This document shows positions 8,699 to 17,830 of a stretch of 64,000 nt of DNA, one piece after another (within the stretch, counting starts at the first letter, position 1; every line of letters starts with the position of its first letter). Location: IMG/VR virus record IMGVR_UViG_3300028832_002797; one strand, written 5' to 3'. Source of the DNA: a virus. Its lineage: Duplodnaviria > Heunggongvirae > Uroviricota > Caudoviricetes. The position numbers were made by a program, and so were the translations under genes. The notes below the pieces were generated by a model. It ran no database searches. It had not been told where the DNA came from and worked only from the letters and a program-made list of their open reading frames with translations.

Positions 8699-9718
8699 TT
8701 AATTCGCAGCTGTTTCAAGCTCAGCATTAGTGGTCGGGTTTTCTTCAGCAGATGGCATTTCAAAAGTTGATTCTCCGTCAGCAACGACTTCGAATTCTTC
8801 TACAGGTTCATTAGATTCTTCAATTTTTTGCTGTGCTTCTTTCTTTTCTTCAGATAGCTTTTTAATTCTTTCACTATTGGCCTGCACCAAAGCAAGGCGT
8901 TTAGCACCTTCGTCAACCTGGACGGAGGATTGCTTTGTAAGCGTGCTTCCCAATTCACTCAGATCTGCGGTTTCGAGCATTGCATCGAGGTTAGCTTTCT
9001 TTTGTTTCAAGATTTCTTCTTCAGATTTCGCAGGTTCTGCTTTTTTAACAACTCTGGGCTTCGTTACTTGTGGTGCTGCAGCAGCTTCAGCAACTTTTTC
9101 AGTTTTTGCTACTACGGGCTTTTTCTTAACAACAGTCTTCTTTACAGGAGCCGGAGGAGCTACAACTACTTCCGGTTCTTTTTCTTTGTAAATAATCTTC
9201 GGAGCTGGCGGAGGGGGATTCATGATTTCATCACACATGTCCAACATACATTCATTGAGTTTCTCAAGGCCAGTCATTCCATATTTAAAAAACATTGCAG
9301 TCATTTTCTCTTTCATTTCGTCAATAAGAGAAAAAGCTTCAGAAAAAGCGGGGTTATTAATATAACCCGCACTTTCTACAATACTTTGTGGCTTTTTAGT
9401 GCGTCTGCGAACAGGCGCAGGTTCTACATAATTATCATCGTCAAAATCGGGTTCAGCAGGCATAGGAGCAGGACGCGGCGCCGGAGTAGGAGCCGGAGCT
9501 GGTGCCGGACGTGGAGCTGGCCTCGGTGAAGGACGCTGCGTACGGTGAGCTTCGTTAATCTCCGGAACTTCGTCATTATAAAAATCATCATCCTCTAGCT
9601 CATCGACAGAAACTGTCTGAGCTGTAGACTTGTAATTCTTATATGCCTCGAGTTGCTGTTCTTCGGTATAAGACGGGTCGTTTTTATGTAGAAAGCTTAA
9701 AAAATCACCTTTACTCAT
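8699..9718 (-). CDS. proline/alanine-rich protein (RPSPRPAPRPAPAPAPTPAPRPAP; PPPPAPK...) with coiled-coil C-terminus
   Basis: ORF track with verified ATG. Low-complexity Pro-rich segments. Function unknown; scaffold or linker protein is possible. Confidence 0.5.
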   Translation of the reverse strand: MSKGDFLSFLHKNDPSYTEEQQLEAYKNYKSTAQTVSVDELEDDDFYNDEVPEINEAHRTQRPSPRPAPRPAPAPAPTPAPRPAPMPAEPDFDDDNYVEPAPVRRRTKKPQSIVESAGYINNPAFSEAFSLIDEMKEKMTAMFFKYGMTGLEKLNECMLDMCDEIMNPPPPAPKIIYKEKEPEVVVAPPAPVKKTVVKKKPVVAKTEKVAEAAAAPQVTKPRVVKKAEPAKSEEEILKQKKANLDAMLETADLSELGSTLTKQSSVQVDEGAKRLALVQANSERIKKLSEEKKEAQQKIEESNEPVEEFEVVADGESTFEMPSAEENPTTNAELETAAN

Positions 9719-9747
9719 AATTATACCTTATTTATAGAAGTTATTTT

Positions 9748-9760
9748 CAAAATATAGAAA
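9748..9760 (-). promoter_or_regulatory. Promoter-like box (minus-strand TTTCTATATTTTG) between clpP and the Pro-rich gene
   Basis: Plus strand reads caaaatatagaaa. A TATAAATA-like element is also present about 15 nt closer to the ATG. Confidence 0.35.
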
Positions 9761-9763
9761 TTT

Positions 9764-10510
9764 TTAAACTAACTTCGTCTTTACCTTGTCAATTAATCCG
9801 ATTTTCTTTGCTTCATTTGCCGACATGAAGTTATCAAACGAAGTAAGTTCACGGAGTTCTTCAGTAGTCTTTCCAGTCTGCTTCTTGAACACGCGATTCA
9901 TGCTATCGGTCCAGTTCTGTAATTCCTTCTGGAGAATGCTAACGTCCTTGAGACGACCAGCGAAACCATCGGCGACAATACCAGCCTGATGAATCATGAT
10001 ACGAGAAGACGGGAAAGCATAACGATGGCCAGGAGTTCCATTAGCGAGAATAACAGAAGCCATACTCGAGCAAGAACCACATGCAATCGTATTGATAATA
10101 ATACCCTTACGCTTCAGTTCGTCCATGACATCGATGAGTGCGAAACCGGCGTCGCAATCACCACCAGGAGAAGAAAGGTAAATGGTAACAGGTTCCTTCA
10201 GGTCATCATCGTAGAATGAGAGACGCTGGATAGTGCGGATAGCGATACTCCAGTCAATAGCGCCCGTAATCCAAATACAACGCTTGACTTCGAAGTAATT
10301 CTGACGCATAATTTCGAAATAACCACCCATTTCGCCAAGAGGAATTCCCTGTTGCTCAGGTTCTTCCGGCTGGCCTTCAGGAGGAACAGCATTAGGATTT
10401 TCCGGACCTACTGGAGGCATTTGACCCGGATTCGGAGTAACCATCGGAGCAATTGGAGCTTCTACTGGCTTATTATCAGATTTCTTCTTTACGATGCGCT
10501 TTAAAGACAT
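9764..10510 (-). CDS. clpP: ClpP-family serine protease with Pro-rich N-terminal extension
   Basis: YLSSPGGDCDAGFALIDVM...GSCSSMASVIL...RIMIHQ matches the ClpP catalytic Ser (GxSxMAS) and His (IHQ) regions. Confidence 0.8.
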   Translation of the reverse strand: MSLKRIVKKKSDNKPVEAPIAPMVTPNPGQMPPVGPENPNAVPPEGQPEEPEQQGIPLGEMGGYFEIMRQNYFEVKRCIWITGAIDWSIAIRTIQRLSFYDDDLKEPVTIYLSSPGGDCDAGFALIDVMDELKRKGIIINTIACGSCSSMASVILANGTPGHRYAFPSSRIMIHQAGIVADGFAGRLKDVSILQKELQNWTDSMNRVFKKQTGKTTEELRELTSFDNFMSANEAKKIGLIDKVKTKLV

Positions 10511-10811
10511 TTAAATATCCTTCATTATTTAAGTTGATTTCAATTTGCTTCTTGGATTTCGATCTTTCTTCAACATCGATCTCCGGGTCGAATCTAAGTT
10601 TGAACGGACCAGCAGACAATAACGGTTTTCCATACTGGATAACTGTATCGTTGCCAGAATACAGGACATACCTAAATCGTTTTGTGACATTGCGGAATTT
10701 GACATTCACGAAGTTTTCATCCAAAGACAAAACTGTGTATTCGTTACCATCAACGCCTTTGTAAGTTTTTCCGACTTCAAATTTCATGTTACACCAATTT
10801 GTTCTTTTCAA
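10476..10811 (-). CDS. hypothetical protein (111 aa)
   Basis: ORF track. Confidence 0.35.
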   Translation of the reverse strand: MKRTNWCNMKFEVGKTYKGVDGNEYTVLSLDENFVNVKFRNVTKRFRYVLYSGNDTVIQYGKPLLSAGPFKLRFDPEIDVEERSKSKKQIEINLNNEGYLNVFKAHRKEEI

Positions 10812-10963
10812 GGAAAACGCTAATCTTATGGTTAAGGTCTTCGTTCTTCAAGAAAATTGCCTTAAGTTCTTCATCGTTATAGTTATCGTAATTCTTTACG
10901 AAAACCTTTGCGTATTCTGAGAAATTCTTGTAGACATCTTCCAGAACAGACGCATAGACGGTC

Positions 10964-11254
10964 TTAACAAGGTTCAGAGGTGTTACTTCCTTTTGATTCA
11001 TTCGAATATTCATTTACTAGATCCTTTAGTTTTTCGCAGAATTCTGCGTCAGTTTCAAATTTGGGCAAAATAGAAATAACATAAACCATCCAATCGTTAA
11101 GATTTTTCGGATGAACGATATTGTCTGTAACATGATTAGCTTGTGCCACCATGTCCTTCAAGGTCGCGAGGGTTTTCGGATTATTGATGACTTTCAAATA
11201 ATCCTTTTCCTTTCGAAACAACGGTTGCATCTTTACTGGTTTATGTTTCTTCAT
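10964..11254 (-). CDS. hypothetical protein (96 aa)
   Basis: ORF track. Confidence 0.35.
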   Translation of the reverse strand: MKKHKPVKMQPLFRKEKDYLKVINNPKTLATLKDMVAQANHVTDNIVHPKNLNDWMVYVISILPKFETDAEFCEKLKDLVNEYSNESKGSNTSEPC

Positions 11255-11257
11255 ATT

Positions 11258-11692
11258 TTACTCAACGATTTCAAGTTCTTCCGGGTCTGTCATCGGTTCT
11301 GGGCCATTCGACGGTTGGGTATTCTCGAGATACTTACCAGCATAGAGCACAGCAGTTTCACCTTGAATAGTATCAACCATGTCCTGAATTCCAGCCATGA
11401 AGGCGGACTCATTAGACTCTTCAGTTTTTTCCTCGACATTGATATTCATCTTGTCGTAGGCTTCGAACACAGCCTTATTAATCTTGTCCGCAAGCGGCTT
11501 CTTAATAGGCTGAACGAAACACAGCTCACGCTTGTTATTCACATTCTTAGGGTAAATAACGTAACGCTTGCCGTAGTAGTCCATTAATGTAAGGCCAGTA
11601 AGCAGAAGTTCGTGGTCAAGAATAACCTGACACTTGCCGAGCTTTCCGTACTTTACATTGTAGGGATAAATTTTGACTTTTGTTACTTCCAT
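11258..11692 (-). CDS. hypothetical protein (start moved to ATG 11690-11692; track start is TTG)
   Basis: ATG lies 1 nt after the upstream TAA (11694-11696). Confidence 0.4.
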   Translation of the reverse strand: MEVTKVKIYPYNVKYGKLGKCQVILDHELLLTGLTLMDYYGKRYVIYPKNVNNKRELCFVQPIKKPLADKINKAVFEAYDKMNINVEEKTEESNESAFMAGIQDMVDTIQGETAVLYAGKYLENTQPSNGPEPMTDPEELEIVE

Positions 11693-11693
11693 A

Positions 11694-12149
11694 TTACGGT
11701 AAATCCTTTCTGTACTCTTCGAGAGCTTCAATATCCTTTGTAACCTTCATCAGGTCGATTTCCTTTGCCACAGCAATGGAAATGATGTCATTGAAGATAC
11801 TCTGCACAGCAGGAACAGGTTCAACATCTGCGACTTTAATCATACGTTCTACGACTTCTGCAGAAGGAACCGGATGTTCATTAGTTACATTGCCACTTCC
11901 ATCAACAAAATTCTTGAGGAAGTCATTAAGATAGAAAATAGCCTTTCCCAAATCCTGATACGGTGTTGCATGTTCAGGATCGGTCTTTACCTTATCAAGG
12001 TAGCGCATGGAATACTTCCATACATTTGCACAGTCACAATCAAGATAGCGTGTAATAGTAATAGTTTCAATTCCAGATGCGTTATTACAGTAATGATCAG
12101 GGTGATTAACGGCTCGGTCAATTTTTTTAAGCTGTTCTTCAGTATGCAT
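11694..12149 (-). CDS. hypothetical protein (151 aa; HPDHY motif, possibly DUF3310-like)
   Basis: ORF track. Weak family resemblance only. Confidence 0.4.
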   Translation of the reverse strand: MHTEEQLKKIDRAVNHPDHYCNNASGIETITITRYLDCDCANVWKYSMRYLDKVKTDPEHATPYQDLGKAIFYLNDFLKNFVDGSGNVTNEHPVPSAEVVERMIKVADVEPVPAVQSIFNDIISIAVAKEIDLMKVTKDIEALEEYRKDLP

Positions 12150-12165
12150 TGTATTTTACCTTAAA

Positions 12166-12579
12166 TTATTTAAATGTTTCGTTAGAGTTCAATGCTTTTA
12201 AAATATTTTCTTGCAATTCATGAGACTTATTGGCATGGTCTGTCAACTTCTTATCGAAAGCCCGGTCTTCTCGAATTTCTTTATTACGAGCAAGAGCCTG
12301 ACTGATACGAATAGGAAGAAATACTGCCATAAAATAACCGAACGCCATCGCAATGTATGGAACGATGTCGGTCATAAAATACATTATTCCTTTCTTAAGT
12401 GTATCTCCAAACACGCCAAATGAGCCTAAAACTAGGGTATAAACCACGGCACTAATAAGAGAACCGATAATGAGCTTCTTATTGGCCTTAATTTTAGACC
12501 AAAATGCTTTCATTTTGGTCTGAAAACCCTTCATCTTAGCCTTGAAATTTGACTTATTTGTCTGCTTAGATGTCTTCAT
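12166..12579 (-). CDS. small membrane protein (basic N-terminus, 2-3 TM helices)
   Basis: Hydrophobic segments LIIGSLISAVVYTLVLGSFGVF and IVPYIAMAFGYFMAVFL. Confidence 0.45.
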   Translation of the reverse strand: MKTSKQTNKSNFKAKMKGFQTKMKAFWSKIKANKKLIIGSLISAVVYTLVLGSFGVFGDTLKKGIMYFMTDIVPYIAMAFGYFMAVFLPIRISQALARNKEIREDRAFDKKLTDHANKSHELQENILKALNSNETFK

Positions 12580-12895
12580 TGTCTTCCAAGATTACTTCCA
12601 CTGCCGAATCAGGAATCTGGTAATACTTAGTCTTAACGTAAGCACCCTTATCATTCTTCGCAGCGATGTTAAGTTCGATTGCACGCAAGTCCGTAAAGAT
12701 AATGCGGTCACCAACAGATACAACACATGGAATACGGGAATCCGTGACAGGATTGTACTTGCCTGGGCCAACGGCAACAACTTCGCCATAAACAAGCTTA
12801 CCCGAGCTATCAAGTTCCGGAATATAGATACCGCCAGCGGTCTTAGTGTCACCGTTACGGCGCTTTACAAGCACATAGTTATCATTCATCTTCAT
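12566..12895 (-). CDS. GroES-family co-chaperonin (copy 1; T4 gp31 analog)
   Basis: 109 aa. KTAGGIYIP...GEVVAVGPGK...VGDRIIF matches the GroES mobile-loop and roof regions. Confidence 0.65.
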   Translation of the reverse strand: MKMNDNYVLVKRRNGDTKTAGGIYIPELDSSGKLVYGEVVAVGPGKYNPVTDSRIPCVVSVGDRIIFTDLRAIELNIAAKNDKGAYVKTKYYQIPDSAVEVILEDNEDI

Positions 12896-12909
12896 AGTTA
12901 AATTTCCTT

Positions 12910-13239
12910 TTACTTAATTTCTTCGTTATCGTCAAGAATGCAAGTACATTCGTTTTCTGGAACCTTAACAAGTTTGAGCTTAGATACGTTTCCGTTTTCG
13001 TCCTTGACAGAAACCGTAATTTCTGTAGCAACACCTGGATTATAAATCACACGGTCACCAACATTGAGGTTGATGGGCGCAATCTTATTGGTGTAAGGAT
13101 TGAATTTACCCGGACCAAGCTTTACGATGGTACCAAGGGCCATAGGAATCGTTCCAATTCGGGGAATAAATAAGCCTCCGACAGTCATTTTGTCGAAAGG
13201 TTCCTCTTTTACGAGTACGTTATTTTCTGTAGTTTTCAT
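12910..13239 (-). CDS. GroES-family co-chaperonin (copy 2, tandem paralog)
   Basis: 109 aa. MTVGGLFIP...GTIVKLGPGK...VGDRVIY. Same architecture as the neighbouring gene. Confidence 0.6.
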   Translation of the reverse strand: MKTTENNVLVKEEPFDKMTVGGLFIPRIGTIPMALGTIVKLGPGKFNPYTNKIAPINLNVGDRVIYNPGVATEITVSVKDENGNVSKLKLVKVPENECTCILDDNEEIK

Positions 13240-13249
13240 CTCAGTTTCC

Positions 13250-13891
13250 TTAAATTTTAAATAGAAAGTCTTTCTTAGTGTACTTTGTGCTCTTATCGAT
13301 GCACGAATTATTTATTAAAAACGTGTCACCGATTTCGCAAATGGACTTTTTCTTGTCCTGACCGAAGTGCCAGATCTTTCCATTCACATTTAAATTCATC
13401 TTTCTGGGGTCATAATAAGAAACAACGACGTCAGGAACAGACTCCGCGATTTTACGGAACCTATTAACTTCATCGTTGTATATCTCATCGATATTGGTTG
13501 TCCACCAATTCCATTTTTTAATATTAACACTAGGGTCAATTCCAGACGCACCGCCAAATACATGCTTATCTACCACAACTACTTGCCCATCTAACCTAGT
13601 TGGCGTACAAAGTTTGCGCTGGAATGACCTTAGTGAATCTTTAACTTTTTCAAATTTCAAATCAAGCGGCATATCAGATTTCATATCACAACCACCATAT
13701 ACATACAGCACGTTTTTGTAATGCTGTCCGAGGTAAACCAGAAAACGTCTAGTCATCTCGTAGTCTTCCGATATGCCGCTTATACACAATACATCAGCAG
13801 GGAGAAATTCTTCATCAAGTAATTTCTTAAAATCAGCAAACATGTGCTTGCTAGGTTTAAGATTCAAATTATTGATGAAGAAACAATCCAT
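13250..13891 (-). CDS. hypothetical protein (213 aa)
   Basis: ORF track with verified ATG. Confidence 0.4.
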   Translation of the reverse strand: MDCFFINNLNLKPSKHMFADFKKLLDEEFLPADVLCISGISEDYEMTRRFLVYLGQHYKNVLYVYGGCDMKSDMPLDLKFEKVKDSLRSFQRKLCTPTRLDGQVVVVDKHVFGGASGIDPSVNIKKWNWWTTNIDEIYNDEVNRFRKIAESVPDVVVSYYDPRKMNLNVNGKIWHFGQDKKKSICEIGDTFLINNSCIDKSTKYTKKDFLFKI

Positions 13892-14069
13892 GCTTACTTA
13901 GTCCAGATAGTAGTCCACTTTCCACCGATAAACTGTTCAATCTTGACAACTGAACGAAGACGCGGATTCTTGTAAGATTCCATGAGTTCTTCAGTATAGC
14001 AGTCAGAAGTAAACGGTTCACCATACGGTGTACCAGTTTCATCAACGTGATAGCGAGTAATGCGCCACA

Positions 14070-14342
14070 TTAGGCCATAACCTCCTGTTGAAGTGTACGA
14101 TAGAGAGCAACCATGTTGCGGTCGAGTTCAGAACGCTTGTGCTTGCCGCGAAGAACCTTTTCAGCCATATAGCAGATAGTTGCTTCAGTCTGAGAAAGTG
14201 CAACGAGACTTGAACGAGCATAACGGGCATGTTCCGGATTACGAACTTCCATACCTTCGAGCTGCAGACGGTCACGTGTTTGTTCATTGCCGGTTGTAAC
14301 CACATAGGCCTTACCGGTCTTACGATTCATAGCATAATTCAT
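14070..14342 (-). CDS. hypothetical protein (90 aa) with Shine-Dalgarno AGGAG upstream
   Basis: ATG verified. aggagattaatATG upstream. Confidence 0.45.
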   Translation of the reverse strand: MNYAMNRKTGKAYVVTTGNEQTRDRLQLEGMEVRNPEHARYARSSLVALSQTEATICYMAEKVLRGKHKRSELDRNMVALYRTLQQEVMA

Positions 14343-14430
14343 ATTAATCTCCTATTATTTGCTTGGTAATAACAAATATAGTTAAATGCCTGTAAATTAT
14401 TTTTTAACATAGGAAAAAGATTTGAATTTT

Positions 14431-14997
14431 TTACAGGGCTGAAATAGGGAATAATATGAGTTCATTTTTAAGAGATAAGAGCTTGTTCATCATAGACTTA
14501 ACGAATTTATGATGAGCATCCGAATTTTTATCAAATATCGGATCTGTTTCATCTGTATGATTAACTATCTTACAAAGTTGACCAAGAGCCTGGTCATACT
14601 TGTTTAATACATGGAAAAATTCCAGAAGCCTTTCAAATGTAAACCATTCTCGGAATTTAGCGACGTTTTTGAAAGCTAACGTCTGATATTTATCGATACC
14701 GTCCTTAAAAAACATATCATCGAAATACTCGTACATTTCTTTACGAGCAGGACAGCCATAAGTATAATGTTCTTGAATAAATGAGTCGGCGACGTAAATA
14801 ATTCCGACCTTATTATCATCGGTTACGGCGATTTTGACATCGTGCACGCCAAAGGGCACAACAATACACGTACCATATACCTTAACATACGGAAATTTCA
14901 ATTTAGTCGTATGTAGTGCGGTTTCAACAATTTCTATAACTTCTTTATTAGGGAAAGTTCCCCAATCTTCACGTATTAATCTGTCTTTTTTCGCCAT
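14431..14997 (-). CDS. hypothetical protein (start moved to ATG 14995-14997; track start is GTG)
   Basis: MAKKDRLIRE start. Promoter box 30 nt upstream. Confidence 0.4.
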   Translation of the reverse strand: MAKKDRLIREDWGTFPNKEVIEIVETALHTTKLKFPYVKVYGTCIVVPFGVHDVKIAVTDDNKVGIIYVADSFIQEHYTYGCPARKEMYEYFDDMFFKDGIDKYQTLAFKNVAKFREWFTFERLLEFFHVLNKYDQALGQLCKIVNHTDETDPIFDKNSDAHHKFVKSMMNKLLSLKNELILFPISAL

Positions 14998-15045
14998 ATA
15001 CACTTACCGTAATACATTGTACTACACAAGTATAATATAGTAAAC

Positions 15046-15069
15046 AGACGGGCATTTGTAAACCCGTCC
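15046..15069. terminator. Hairpin (acgggcatttgtaaacccgt) flanked on both sides by inverted copies of the TATAATATAG / CTATATTAT box
   Basis: Stem-loop with the TTTGTAAA loop motif shared by several other terminators in the window. Confidence 0.45.
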
Positions 15070-15076
15070 TGCTATA

Positions 15077-15601
15077 TTATTTTAGCCTTTCGATTATCTT
15101 TTGGACAATTCCGTTATATCCGTCCTCAGTTCCATCAGCAACTTCATATTGTAAGTTATTTGAATCCAAAAAATCAAGCAATCGACCATCAATAGCCTTA
15201 GCTTCTTCTTCAGTTTGGTTTCGACCGTTAGGATTATATTTCTTGGCACGCTTTACAAAAATATTGAATGTATTTTTATATTTCTTCGCTTCATAAAGGC
15301 ACACATCCTGATACGGTTTTTCATCGGTATACATTGCACCCATAGCAATCGGACTATCGGTAACAATCACATCGACTTTTCCGAGAAGTCTGGCAACTTT
15401 AAGGCATTGCTTACCCGTAACATACAGCTGGCAGAACTTGAGCGGAAACTGATCATCCTGCCATACCCTATCCTTGGCATATTCTGAGACGTATTCGCAA
15501 TCAACTCCAGCCATTTTAAGTTTTGCAAAAATATAAGCGGCTCCGGTTGATTTTCCCGAGCCTGGACCTGCATAAAGATTAACTAATAATGTGTCTTTCA
15601 T
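15077..15601 (-). CDS. P-loop NTPase / nucleotide kinase-like protein (AAA_33-like)
   Basis: Walker A LYAGPGSGKSTGAAY near the N-terminus. Small size (about 174 aa). Start moved to ATG 15599-15601. Confidence 0.5.
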   Translation of the reverse strand: MKDTLLVNLYAGPGSGKSTGAAYIFAKLKMAGVDCEYVSEYAKDRVWQDDQFPLKFCQLYVTGKQCLKVARLLGKVDVIVTDSPIAMGAMYTDEKPYQDVCLYEAKKYKNTFNIFVKRAKKYNPNGRNQTEEEAKAIDGRLLDFLDSNNLQYEVADGTEDGYNGIVQKIIERLK

Positions 15602-15691
15602 AATTTTCACCTGTGATACAAATATAGTAAAGTTTTTATTACATTTCGTAACGTTTATAAAAATCTGTATTTACAAAAACGCTTCGGTTTG

Positions 15692-15700
15692 CTATATTTA
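15692..15700 (+). promoter_or_regulatory. Plus-strand copy of the CTATATTTA promoter box 5 nt upstream of the cca ATG
   Basis: Reads gctatatttattaatATG. Same box as the minus-strand instances, here in plus orientation for a plus-strand gene. Confidence 0.45.
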
Positions 15701-15705
15701 TTAAT

Positions 15706-16893
15706 ATGAAAATTGATTTATCGACTATCAAAAATGACCTTCTCACTTCTGGTATGAAACTTGCTTCCGCTATCGAAAGCAAGGGTTATGAAGCATACCT
15801 GGTTGGCGGTTGCGTTCGTGATATGGTTCGTTGGTCTCTCGGCCAGAGCGGTTTTCCTGATATTCATGATATTGACATCAGTACGAACATGCCTATCAAA
15901 GAACTGCAGAAAACCTTCAAGACCGCATCCAACAACGGTGAGACTCATGGCACTATTCTGGTTTTCCAGGACGGTGAACCTTTCGAGGTGACTCAGTTCA
16001 GAACCGACGGTGCATATACCGATGGTCGTCACCCCGATTCAATCACTTTCGCCAAGACTTTCAAGGAAGACTGCTTACGTCGCGATTTTACCATCAACGC
16101 TATGGGACTTAGCGGCAAGGGTGAAGTGATTGACTATTACGGTGGTATCGCTGATGTCGAAAACAGTATTATTCGAGCTGTCGGCAAGGCAGAAGATCGT
16201 TTTGCTGAAGACTACCTTCGAATTTTCCGTGGTGTTCGCTTCATGGTCAACTTCGATTATTCTTTGGCTGATAGCACTTACGAAGCGATGAAGACTACTG
16301 CTTCTACTTATACCTATAAGCTGGATTCTCTGTCTTATCCTCGTATTCGTGGTGAAATTAGCAAGGTCAAGAACCCTTCTAAGAATCTTGCGAAGTTCTT
16401 CTTTACCTTGAACCACACTGGTGTTCTTAACTGGCTTACTACTTTCAGAAATGTCGATGTTCCTGCAATGATTAAGCGTTTGGAATCTGTAAAGCATCTC
16501 AACGAAGATAACATTTTCGCTGTAATCGCTTTCAGTGAAGAACCTGAAATGCTTGAACGCCTTTCTGCTACTCGCGAAGATTCTCGTCTTCTCAAGTGGT
16601 ATAATTACATGCTCAAGAAGCTGAAGGAAACAAACGAGAACATTAGCTGGGATAGTATTGTTAAGTTCGTTGAGGGTGATTACAAGACACTCCTCGAAAT
16701 GACCAAGATTATTCCTGCATGGTATCATCGAATTCCTATCGCTCTGAAGCTGAAAGACGATAAGCCTGATTTACATGCCATCGTCGAAAGAGTTCAGAAC
16801 GAATTAGGTATCAAGCCAAGTGCTAAGTTCGGTCTTGCGGTTGACGCACTTCTCGAACAAGAATACGAAGCGAAAGCAACGAAAATCCAATAA
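15706..16893 (+). CDS. cca: tRNA nucleotidyltransferase (CCA-adding enzyme), class II
   Basis: GGCVRD...DIDI head-domain signature and RRDFTINAM motif of class II CCA/poly(A) polymerases. Confidence 0.85.
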   Translation: MKIDLSTIKNDLLTSGMKLASAIESKGYEAYLVGGCVRDMVRWSLGQSGFPDIHDIDISTNMPIKELQKTFKTASNNGETHGTILVFQDGEPFEVTQFRTDGAYTDGRHPDSITFAKTFKEDCLRRDFTINAMGLSGKGEVIDYYGGIADVENSIIRAVGKAEDRFAEDYLRIFRGVRFMVNFDYSLADSTYEAMKTTASTYTYKLDSLSYPRIRGEISKVKNPSKNLAKFFFTLNHTGVLNWLTTFRNVDVPAMIKRLESVKHLNEDNIFAVIAFSEEPEMLERLSATREDSRLLKWYNYMLKKLKETNENISWDSIVKFVEGDYKTLLEMTKIIPAWYHRIPIALKLKDDKPDLHAIVERVQNELGIKPSAKFGLAVDALLEQEYEAKATKIQ

Positions 16894-16897
16894 AAAA

Positions 16898-16924
16898 CAA
16901 ACCCGGTTTTTAACCGGGTTTTCA
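16898..16924. terminator. Rho-independent terminator aacccggtt-ttt-aaccgggtt plus T-run immediately after the cca stop
   Basis: 9-bp perfect stem. Lies between convergent genes. Confidence 0.65.
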
Positions 16925-16926
16925 TT

Positions 16927-17172
16927 TTATGCGATTGTTTCCCAACTGATTGTAATCATCTTTGAATCTTCATCCATTCGCATGAACTTAAACTCAAATT
17001 CATTGAATTCGATGTCTTTTCGATTCAATGCTGGTAGTTTCACTTGGCTTTCGAGAATCGGCAAGCACTTTTCACGGAATCGAGTGATTTGGCGAGAAGC
17101 TCCTGGAGTTCCTTCAGCTTCGTCAACAATCGTACATTTCTTTGTTTTCTTATCAACTCTTACAATAACCAT
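16927..17172 (-). CDS. hypothetical protein (81 aa)
   Basis: ORF track. Confidence 0.35.
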   Translation of the reverse strand: MVIVRVDKKTKKCTIVDEAEGTPGASRQITRFREKCLPILESQVKLPALNRKDIEFNEFEFKFMRMDEDSKMITISWETIA

Positions 17173-17612
17173 CAGATTCTCCGTTTAATTTTGATTTCAT
17201 TTTCCTGGTCCACAAAATGTTCCTTCATGTATGCGACCTTATCAGCCGGTACATTGTGAACATTCTGGAATTCATTATCCATACGGTAAATCGTAACTTT
17301 AATGTCACGAGCTTCCGCTTCTCTCAAATACGGTTTCAAATCCTTACGGGTTACGAACGTATTTGCGACGATAACATACTGTGCACCTTCATCAAAAGCC
17401 CTAAATACTCTTTCAAAACAGTTTTTATGGGCATAATAAAGTTTACTAGTATGGAAAACGTATTCACCCTTATCATTATACCAATAATCATCAGCCTCTA
17501 CGTGCTCGACTTTGTAGCCTTGCTTTTCGAGGTCGATTTTTAATGTTTTAGCATAAGTAGACTTTCCGGAACCAGGTATTCCACGAACAACAATCAATGT
17601 CTGTGTATTCAT
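17172..17612 (-). CDS. Polynucleotide kinase-like P-loop kinase (T4 Pnk kinase-domain-like)
   Basis: VVRGIPGSGKSTYAKTL Walker A at residues 8-24. Size and layout resemble the T4 PseT kinase domain. Adjacent to the RNA ligase. Confidence 0.55.
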   Translation of the reverse strand: MNTQTLIVVRGIPGSGKSTYAKTLKIDLEKQGYKVEHVEADDYWYNDKGEYVFHTSKLYYAHKNCFERVFRAFDEGAQYVIVANTFVTRKDLKPYLREAEARDIKVTIYRMDNEFQNVHNVPADKVAYMKEHFVDQENEIKIKRRI

Positions 17613-17830
17613 TTGATTTCCCTTGAGGAAACCAAATAAAAATCTGGTTTCCTATTCTGTTAACCTATATGCCGCAGCAACCAACAGAACATTCAGTAAA
17701 TAGAATTTAAAGAATATTCCGAAGACTGACCTACAGCCTAATTCCTCTCGACTTGTTCCTATTGAAGATATGATTAGAAACACAAATTCCAATACGAACA
17801 ATAACGTTCCATATTCAAATATAGTAAAAA

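Noticed and set aside
8730-9529. Plus-strand ORFs 8730..9191 and 8930..9529
   Set aside because: Antisense to the Pro-rich minus-strand gene. They are Ser/Thr/Phe-rich translations typical of reverse frames.
15071-15080. Plus-strand CTATATTAT box as a functional plus-strand promoter
   Set aside because: No plus-strand gene lies downstream. It appears to be the inverted partner of the minus-strand box around a shared hairpin.
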